In this document: piece after piece, positions 57,350-64,000 of the stretch
Layout: each line of letters begins with the position of its first letter
Position numbering within the stretch: position 1 is the first letter of the stretch
IMG/VR virus record: IMGVR_UViG_3300036820_000004
Span: 1 to 64,000 of that record
DNA length: 64,000 nt
DNA from: a virus
Reading direction: 5' to 3' (one strand)
The notes under the pieces: generated by a model
Database searches by the model: none
Seen by the model: the letters and a program-made list of their open reading frames with translations, nothing else
What the model was told of the DNA's origin: nothing
Position numbers and translations under genes: made by a program

Positions 57350-57938
57350 CGACGCCGCAGGCCACCTCCTGCACAACATCCTGAACCCGCCATCCCGGCC
57401 CGGACCGCCGTACACGCATACCATCGACCTGAGTCCTCCTGACCCGGCCGAGGCCGTGGCGTGGCTGCGCAAACAGATCAAGGACGACAAGGTAGCCGCC
57501 GAGGCGGCCACACCCGGCCCGTGGGCATGGGAAGCAACTGGCGAGAAGGACAGTTCCTGGGCGGTCGGCCTAGTCCAGGACGAATACGGGAACACGCTCA
57601 GCGCCCAGATCGAGCCCGGCGAGGGAATCATCATCGACGGGGTCTGTGAAGGGATCGACGGGAACCTTGCCGATGCTGCGCACATCACGCTGCACAATCC
57701 AGCCGACGTAATCGCTGATTGCGAAGCCAAGCTGGCCATCCTGGACGCCTGCCAGCCAGACGCGGCGATGGATGCCGCTCTGGAGGACGGCGACATCTCC
57801 ACCGGGGAGTACGTGAGCACCGAGGCAACAGGTGCCCACATCCTGCGCCTCCTCGCTGCGGGTTTCCGCCGCCGCGACGGCTACTCCCGCTACTGGGGTG
57901 ACCCGGTAACCCACACCATCACCGAGGACGGGCAGTGA
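57342..57938 (+). CDS. DUF6221-like protein
   Basis: AATPGPW, DAAHI..HNPA.VIADCEAKLAIL, LRLLA...GY. Confidence 0.65.
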   Translation: MTDDAAGHLLHNILNPPSRPGPPYTHTIDLSPPDPAEAVAWLRKQIKDDKVAAEAATPGPWAWEATGEKDSSWAVGLVQDEYGNTLSAQIEPGEGIIIDGVCEGIDGNLADAAHITLHNPADVIADCEAKLAILDACQPDAAMDAALEDGDISTGEYVSTEATGAHILRLLAAGFRRRDGYSRYWGDPVTHTITEDGQ

Positions 57939-58267
57939 CCAGCGGCGAACTGGCACGGGGCGCCCTCTGCCTGGACGGTTGCGACCGGATCGACATCCAC
58001 GCTGGCGGTACTTGCGAGCGGGATGGTCAGCCGCTGGTTCCCGGCCCGCTTGACATAATGCACCGTCACCCGGACATCCCGGTGTTCACGCCGATCCGCA
58101 ATGAGGGCGTCCTCATCTACGACATGGTGCTGCCGAAGTGGCCCGGGCCCGAGGGCGTTCCCTGGACCCCGATGCGGAATGCCTTCGCCCGCTGGCATTC
58201 GGGCAAAATCTGCTACACCCTGCCGTCCGGCAACATAGTCCACGTCAAACCAGACTGCCGCTGCTGA
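57935..58267 (+). CDS. hypothetical protein
   Basis: GTGA coupling. Confidence 0.5.
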   Translation: MTSGELARGALCLDGCDRIDIHAGGTCERDGQPLVPGPLDIMHRHPDIPVFTPIRNEGVLIYDMVLPKWPGPEGVPWTPMRNAFARWHSGKICYTLPSGNIVHVKPDCRC

Positions 58268-58288
58268 CGTTCGATGCTGGAGGTGACC

Positions 58289-61200
58289 ATGGCCTCCCCT
58301 TCGGCCATCCTCGCAGCGAGCAAATCCATGCCCGGCGGGGGCCGGCCGAACCCGGGCCCCCAGCAGCAGCAAGGCCCTTACATCGGCCGCATGTCCCCGC
58401 TGGTGCAGCAACTCAACAATGAGCATGGATATGCGAATACGTATGGCGGCTTTTTGCCGAGGCCGCCGCAGACGTTTACCGATGGCGCATTCAGCCCGTT
58501 CTCGCCGATCATGCCGGTGCCGATTGATGCGCCACCACCTGGCTTCGAGCGGCCAGAACCCCGGCGATTCGCCTACGAGGTAGGTTACAACCTTCCTATC
58601 GGCGACCCGGGCACTGAGGGCGGCTACAAGCTCGCCCCGTTCTCGGTGCTCAAGTCGCTGTCGAAGAACTACTCGATCGCGCGGCGCTGCATCCAGCTAG
58701 TGAAAAAGGAAGTCTGCGGCCTGGACTGGGACATCACCCTCACCTCCCACGCGGAGAAGGCCTACCAGGGTGACCATGAGGCGCAGCGGGACTTCGGGGA
58801 ACGGCGCGCGAAGGCGATGCGGTTTTTCCGCAAGCCGGACCCGAACTACTTCGACTTCACGTCGTGGATGTCGGCGATGCTGGAGCAGATCCTCACCATC
58901 GACGCCCTGAGCTTGTACCTGTGCCCGAAGAAGGGCACCGGGATGGGCCGGGGCCTGCTCGGCTCGGACCTGGACGGCTTGTGGTGCATCGACGGGGCGA
59001 CGATCCGGCCGCTGCTGAACCTGCACGGCGGCATGCCCGTCCCCCCCGCGCCCGCCTACCAGCAGTACGAGTACGGCGTGCCCCGCGCTGATTTCACGAC
59101 GGTGATGGCCGGCCTGGACCTGCCCGAGATCGCCGGCGGGGAACGCGGGGCTTACCGCGGCGACCAGCTGGTCTACCTGCCGATGTGCCCGTTCCCTGAC
59201 TCGCCGTACGGGTTCTCCCCGACCGAGCAGGCGCTGGTCCCGATCCTGACCGGGCTCCGCAAGCAGGGCTACCAGCTGGAGTTCTTCACCGAGGGCACCG
59301 TGCCCGCGGTTTATATTTCACCAGGCGATACATCCATGACTCCCAATCAGGTAAGGGAGCTTCAGGATGCATTGAATGCGGTCGCGAACGACCAGGCATT
59401 TCATTGGAAAGTCATTGTTTTGCCGCCTGGAAGCAAAACAATGCCACAAAAGCCTAATGATATTGTCGACCAGAGCGACGAGTGGATCGCCAACGAGGTC
59501 TGCATGATGTACGGCGTCTCCCCCATGGACGTCGGCATCCTCCCCAAGGTGTCCACCGTGGCCAGCCCGTTCGCGGCGCGGGAAATGGCGCAGGCCAGCC
59601 GCACCAACCAGGAGAAGACCGACACCACGCCGCTGCTGAAGTTCATCGCCTCGATCCCGAACTTCATCCTCCAGATCGTGTGCGACCAGCCGGACATGGA
59701 GTTCTCGTTCGAGGGCATGCGCGAGGTCCAGGACGAGGCGGCGCTGACCGACACCTACGTCAAGCAGGCGCAGATCGGTGTCCGGTCGGTCGACGAGTTC
59801 CGCGACAAGATCGGCCTGCCGCCGTGGGGCCTGGACGAGACGAGCGGCCCGCTGGTGTTCACGCCGATGGGACCGATCCCCCTGTCGGAGGCCGTGTCGA
59901 TCGCGCAGGCGCAGGCACAGGCCAAGGCACTGCCGCCCGGGTCGTCCGGCGCCAAAAAGCCCGCGGTGACCGCGAAGCCGCTGCCGTCCGGCACCGTCAC
60001 CGGGCGGCAGCGCGCCCGCGGCGGTGCCGCGCTCACCCCGGCGCACGCCGCGTCCGAAGGGTTCATGCCCGAACGGTCGGCCAAGAAGCCCTCGGCGGGC
60101 CCGGCTCACGCCCAGGCGTCAGTTAAGGCGACGCTGGCCGAACTGGAGGCCCTGACCCGGCACCTGCGCAAGGGACGCCTGATCTCCACATGGGAAGCCC
60201 GGCATCTCGAGCCCCGCGCGCTGTCGCTGATCGCCGAGCAGATGGCGAAGGGCATGGACGCCGAGCAGGCCGCGGGCCTGGTGAAGACCATCGTCCTGCC
60301 GCCCGCGTCCTACCAGTGGGCAGAGAAGGCCCGGCACGAGCAGTCCCCGCAGGCTCAGATCCAGGCGCAGCAACTGGCCCTGGAGCAGGAGTACACGCGG
60401 CGGATCGAGGCCGCGTTCGCGTCCGCTGCCGCCGCGGCGGCGAAACTCATCGCCGCGTGGGGCGCGGGCACTCTCGCCGTGACTACCGCGGTCCTCGCCG
60501 GGCTCATCGCCGCCGAGTTGCGCAAGGCGCTGACGGCAGCGCTGAGCGGCCTGTGGGCCGACGCGTGGGCGCACGGCGAAGCCGAAGCAGGCGGATCCGC
60601 TGGCGGGGCGCTGGAAGCGTTCCTCGGCACCGTCGGCCGGCAGGTGCAGGAGTGGGTCAGCGAAACCAACGTCGCCGCCATCATCGCCGACCTGCGGGAC
60701 CTGGCCGGCCTGAAACGCAAGGCCCTGATCGCCGCGCTGCTGCGACTCCTCAAGGCAGATGAGCGGGCCGAACTCATCGCTGTCACCGAGCTGATGCGCG
60801 CCTGGAACCAGGCCGTTCTCGCCGTCTGGAAGCTGCTCGGGGTCACCTATAAGGGCTGGCAGACCCGCAACGACGCCAAGGTGTGTTTCCCCGCAGGTAC
60901 GCCCGTGGCGACGCCGACTGGCGAAGTGCCGATCGAGCGGCTAAAGCCCGGGGATCTCGTCATCACGCCAGAGGGGCAGCGTCCCGTCATTGCCACCATG
61001 GAGCGCCTGTACACAGGTGGCCTTACGGTGATTCAGGCGGAAGGCCGGACGGTCACGGCGACTGACAATCACCGGTTCATGACCACCAACGGCTGGCGCA
61101 AGGCTGCCGACCTCAAGCCCGGGGACCTCCTCAAGTCGCTTGAGGACGAGTCGGCAGAGATTGGCAGCGTCGTTCACTTCTCGCTCGCCCAGCCGGATGA

Positions 61201-63529
61201 CGTGCCAGCCGAGGCGGCCAAGTTCCGCATCGCGGATGGCGTCCTTGGCCGCAGTCCGCTGGTGCCAGTACTCGCCGTCGGCCTCAATGGCGACGGCGAG
61301 ACTGGTGAGCGCGAAGTCGATCGTCCAGCGGCTCACGTCAAGTTCGGGCGTGAACTCAAGGCGCAGCAGGGTGAGCGCCTGACGGACGCGGAACTCCAGC
61401 ATGGTCTCGCCCGTAAACTTGCGGTAGCAACTGCGGGAGCAGAACTGCCGATCGGCAGCGGCAAGGCCCGGCTGCGTGCGGAAGGTGACACTGCACGTCT
61501 TGCAGGTGAGGTAGACCGGTGGCCGGCGGCATTCCTCGGAACAGAACCGCCTGTTGAGATGCTTCTCAGCCCGGAAACGCGTTCCGCAGCGGTCACAGTC
61601 GACGTACTTGGTCTCGGCAGTGGTACATGCCCGCGAGCACGTCCTGTAGCGCTCGGCGGTGGACTGGCTGACGGTGAAGTCCTTGCCGCAGACAATGCAG
61701 GTCTTCGTGACCTTGCAACTGTCCTCGTAGCACGCCCGGGAGCAGTGGATCTTGGTCTTGTTATTGAGCCTGCCGGGGCGGAAGACGATGCCGCAGCCCG
61801 GGCAAGTGCGTTCGGCGTGGACGCGCGTAGCGGTGTGATAGCACTCGTTGGAGCAGAAGACTCGGGGGCTCCGGGTGCGCTGAGCACGCACGACGATTTT
61901 GCTGCACTGGGCGCATTGGTAAGTGAATGGCACGGACAGGCTTCCCCCATTCAAGCCATTATCGTTAATCACCCGCTTACAGTTTACAATGTCAGCGTTG
62001 AAACGGAGCCCGTTTACTACGCGAGTCGCTTCCTAGTTCACAATTGCGGGGAATGCAAGGCCAACCAGGCGGCCGGCTCCATTCCCGTCGGTGCGCGTTT
62101 CCCCAGCGGCGACCTGATGCCGCCAGGACATCCGCGCTGCCGGTGTCATGCGACCGCGCCCCCGCCCGGCTGGACACCCCCGGTCACGGCCGCGAACAAG
62201 AAGCGCAAGCGGGGCGTGAACCTGGACGGCGAAGTCGTTCTGGCCGACGCCAAGCCCGGAGACGAGAACCCTGCCGGCGGAGGTGGCCGCACCCTTTACC
62301 CGCACCGCCCTGACGGAACCGAGGTACCCGGGGGTGTTCCCGGCGCGTCTGCGGGAGGGGAGCCGCCGCGCTGGGACGCCTCCACCCCGGAACGCCGCGG
62401 CTACGTCAACACCTACGGCGAGGACGACGGCGACTGGCCTGAGCATGTCCGCGAGGTCGCGCCCAGGCCGGATCAGGACTACCCGGACGGCGGCGGCGAA
62501 GACGAGGACCTGTGGCCGGAAGGCGGCCACGGCACCGCCCAGCCCCCGGTGACGTCGATCGGCGGCGGACCGCGCGGCCGGGCACCAAACGCGGTGGGCA
62601 AGGCCGCCGACGCTGCGGCACAGTTCCTGAAGGACGCGCCGAAGGCCAAGGCCAGCGCGGTGCGCAAGCTCATGCAGGAGAACTTCCCGCCGGACGCCCT
62701 CGCCTGGGTAGGTCGCGCCACATGGGTGGGCCCCGTTGAGATCCCGCTGGAACTCATGGACCTGTCCGGCCGGAAGGGGTGGGCGGCGAGCCACCAGCAG
62801 GGCCACGTCAAGGCCATCGCCCGCGACCTGAAGGCCGGCCGGAAAGTCAACGAGATCATCGGCGTGCTGCGCCCGGGTCACAACCACGTCCGCCTTGTTG
62901 ACGGCAGGCATCGCACCCTGGCCTGCGAGAAGAACAAGATGCCGGTCCGCGGCTACGTCGGGTTCCTGGACCGCGACTCCGACCTGGAAGCGGCGTATGA
63001 CACCTACCACCAGCAGCATCACTTCGGGGACAGCCCGAAGAACAAGGCCGCAGGCTACGACCTGAGCCCGCGGTCGGGCATGATCTCCCTGGACCTGCCG
63101 GAAGGCCTCATCCAGCCGGTGCCCGGCGGCGTGGACGACCACCACGTGACGGTCGCCTACCTCGGCAAGGATGTGGACGATAGGGAGCTGGATATTGTGC
63201 TGGCGCAGGCACGCACCGCGGCCCGGCATGCTCCGGGCCCGCTGGCCGGGATGCTGTCCGGCATCGGCTCATTCCCGCCGTCCGATGGCAGTGACGGCAT
63301 GGTGCCCGCGTTCGTCCCGGCCCGCATCCCCGGCGCGGAGAAGCTCCGCGCCGACCTTGAGCACCTGTCGGCCAGCGAGCACAAGGACTGGGCGCCGCAC
63401 GTCACCCTCGCCTACCTGCAGCCGGGTGAGCCGCTCCCGGCGCCGCATCCCCCGGTGCCGGTGACGTTCACCCACCTGTCAGTGCACCGGGGCGATGAGG
63501 TGTACCGGTTCCCGCTGGGTGGCGAGTGA
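58289..63529 (+). CDS. portal - MuF (with intein) - ParB-like - 2H phosphoesterase fusion
   Basis: Portal: RRCIQLVK, IDGATIRPL, YGFSPTEQ, FFTEGTVP, SVDEFR; MuF: DAKV/CGEC..PPGHPRCRC; LVDGRHR; HVTVAYLG and PHVTLAY. Confidence 0.85.
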   Translation: MASPSAILAASKSMPGGGRPNPGPQQQQGPYIGRMSPLVQQLNNEHGYANTYGGFLPRPPQTFTDGAFSPFSPIMPVPIDAPPPGFERPEPRRFAYEVGYNLPIGDPGTEGGYKLAPFSVLKSLSKNYSIARRCIQLVKKEVCGLDWDITLTSHAEKAYQGDHEAQRDFGERRAKAMRFFRKPDPNYFDFTSWMSAMLEQILTIDALSLYLCPKKGTGMGRGLLGSDLDGLWCIDGATIRPLLNLHGGMPVPPAPAYQQYEYGVPRADFTTVMAGLDLPEIAGGERGAYRGDQLVYLPMCPFPDSPYGFSPTEQALVPILTGLRKQGYQLEFFTEGTVPAVYISPGDTSMTPNQVRELQDALNAVANDQAFHWKVIVLPPGSKTMPQKPNDIVDQSDEWIANEVCMMYGVSPMDVGILPKVSTVASPFAAREMAQASRTNQEKTDTTPLLKFIASIPNFILQIVCDQPDMEFSFEGMREVQDEAALTDTYVKQAQIGVRSVDEFRDKIGLPPWGLDETSGPLVFTPMGPIPLSEAVSIAQAQAQAKALPPGSSGAKKPAVTAKPLPSGTVTGRQRARGGAALTPAHAASEGFMPERSAKKPSAGPAHAQASVKATLAELEALTRHLRKGRLISTWEARHLEPRALSLIAEQMAKGMDAEQAAGLVKTIVLPPASYQWAEKARHEQSPQAQIQAQQLALEQEYTRRIEAAFASAAAAAAKLIAAWGAGTLAVTTAVLAGLIAAELRKALTAALSGLWADAWAHGEAEAGGSAGGALEAFLGTVGRQVQEWVSETNVAAIIADLRDLAGLKRKALIAALLRLLKADERAELIAVTELMRAWNQAVLAVWKLLGVTYKGWQTRNDAKVCFPAGTPVATPTGEVPIERLKPGDLVITPEGQRPVIATMERLYTGGLTVIQAEGRTVTATDNHRFMTTNGWRKAADLKPGDLLKSLEDESAEIGSVVHFSLAQPDDVPAEAAKFRIADGVLGRSPLVPVLAVGLNGDGETGEREVDRPAAHVKFGRELKAQQGERLTDAELQHGLARKLAVATAGAELPIGSGKARLRAEGDTARLAGEVDRWPAAFLGTEPPVEMLLSPETRSAAVTVDVLGLGSGTCPRARPVALGGGLADGEVLAADNAGLRDLATVLVARPGAVDLGLVIEPAGAEDDAAARASAFGVDARSGVIALVGAEDSGAPGALSTHDDFAALGALVSEWHGQASPIQAIIVNHPLTVYNVSVETEPVYYASRFLVHNCGECKANQAAGSIPVGARFPSGDLMPPGHPRCRCHATAPPPGWTPPVTAANKKRKRGVNLDGEVVLADAKPGDENPAGGGGRTLYPHRPDGTEVPGGVPGASAGGEPPRWDASTPERRGYVNTYGEDDGDWPEHVREVAPRPDQDYPDGGGEDEDLWPEGGHGTAQPPVTSIGGGPRGRAPNAVGKAADAAAQFLKDAPKAKASAVRKLMQENFPPDALAWVGRATWVGPVEIPLELMDLSGRKGWAASHQQGHVKAIARDLKAGRKVNEIIGVLRPGHNHVRLVDGRHRTLACEKNKMPVRGYVGFLDRDSDLEAAYDTYHQQHHFGDSPKNKAAGYDLSPRSGMISLDLPEGLIQPVPGGVDDHHVTVAYLGKDVDDRELDIVLAQARTAARHAPGPLAGMLSGIGSFPPSDGSDGMVPAFVPARIPGAEKLRADLEHLSASEHKDWAPHVTLAYLQPGEPLPAPHPPVPVTFTHLSVHRGDEVYRFPLGGE
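60884..62044 (+). mobile_element. intein (387 aa) in MuF domain
   Basis: CFPAGTPVATPTG...TATDNHRF...VYNVSVE..YYASRFLVHN/C; removal restores KVCGEC. Confidence 0.9.
60941..61933 (-). CDS. Zn-finger repeat + DUF559/Vsr-like endonuclease nested antisense in the intein
   Basis: Five CxxC...F...CSxxC repeats; ETMLE, IDFA, AIEADGEYWH, KDAIRD..L..LGW.VIR; GGGGGAAG RBS before GTG 61933. Confidence 0.85.
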   Translation of the reverse strand: MPFTYQCAQCSKIVVRAQRTRSPRVFCSNECYHTATRVHAERTCPGCGIVFRPGRLNNKTKIHCSRACYEDSCKVTKTCIVCGKDFTVSQSTAERYRTCSRACTTAETKYVDCDRCGTRFRAEKHLNRRFCSEECRRPPVYLTCKTCSVTFRTQPGLAAADRQFCSRSCYRKFTGETMLEFRVRQALTLLRLEFTPELDVSRWTIDFALTSLAVAIEADGEYWHQRTAAKDAIRDAELGRLGWHVIRLGEREVNDAANLCRLVLKRLEEVPGLEVGSLAPAVGGHEPVIVSRRDRPAFRLNHRKATCVQALHGGNDGTLPLWRDDEIPGL

Positions 63530-63840
63530 TGCTGGCTGATCCGGATCGGCCATGCCTGCACGGGAACTTCAGGGCCGGTGTTGAGGTCAACCGCCTCAGC
63601 GACACCGAGAATGGCCCGGTCACGGGCTACGCGGCCGATATCAAGGTCTGGTGCGATGACTGCGGCGAGCCATTTCGCTGGATCGGAGTGCAGGCCGGCC
63701 TTGACCCGCGCAGGCCGATGTGTTCCGTGGACGAGACGGAACTTCGAGCACCGCTGCGGCCTGCATCCGCAGACCCGGACTTCGGTTTGGGCATCCCCGG
63801 CTTCGCGGTGACATGGCGCGAGGGTTCCGGCAATGGCTAG
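63526..63840 (+). CDS. hypothetical protein
   Basis: Coupled; CDDCGEPFRWIG motif. Confidence 0.6.
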   Translation: MMLADPDRPCLHGNFRAGVEVNRLSDTENGPVTGYAADIKVWCDDCGEPFRWIGVQAGLDPRRPMCSVDETELRAPLRPASADPDFGLGIPGFAVTWREGSGNG

Positions 63841-64000
63841 CCGGGTCACCCTCACCGCAGCCGAGCTAGCCGGGCTGGGCAAGTCGGCCGAGACCCCGGT
63901 CGTTTCCACGGTGCATCACCCGCTCGGCACTCACGGGCTCTGGCACACGCCCGGCAAGAAGGTGCCGGAGATGCAGCAACTCCCGGCGTATCACCAGAAC
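63833..64000 (+). CDS. partial gene running off window end
   Basis: GAGGG RBS; MASRVTLTAAEL... open to end. Confidence 0.5.
   Translation, partial: MASRVTLTAAELAGLGKSAETPVVSTVHHPLGTHGLWHTPGKKVPEMQQLPAYHQN

Noticed and set aside
62033-63229. 398-aa antisense ORF in the portal fusion
   Set aside because: No recognisable motifs; shadow frame

Overview
High-GC, actinobacterial-type temperate phage DNA (prophage or circularised/plasmid-like phage); no integrase, capsid or tail genes fall in the window. Layout: (i) 1-25.5 kb, leftward replication/recombination operon driven from a cro/repressor switch at 25.3-26.2 kb (C5 and N4/N6 DNA methyltransferases, SNF2-like helicase, Gp37Gp68, two HNH nucleases, MmcB-like nuclease, DUF2303, DnaB, DnaC-like loader, initiator, Cas4-like exonuclease, ERF); (ii) 26-39 kb, accessory block with a GntR regulator, two atypical tRNA genes (initiator tRNA-Met with C33; an 8/4-type tRNA-Ser(CGA)), an XRE/DUF397/DUF6879 cassette and a membrane-protein operon built around a full FtsK translocase, resembling an actinomycete conjugative transfer module; (iii) an IS200/IS605 tnpB element plus a solo end; (iv) a leftward early operon with a DUF3631-like ATPase and an Arr-like ADP-ribosyltransferase; (v) a probable cos site, terS, terL with a class 3 LAGLIDADG intein, about 13 small genes, and a giant portal-MuF-ParB-like-2H fusion. 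The most striking feature is the intein in the MuF domain: it has no in-frame endonuclease, but a complete Zn-finger/DUF559(Vsr-like) endonuclease gene is nested on the opposite strand while the sense frame stays open. All family assignments are by eye from motifs; no database searches were run.
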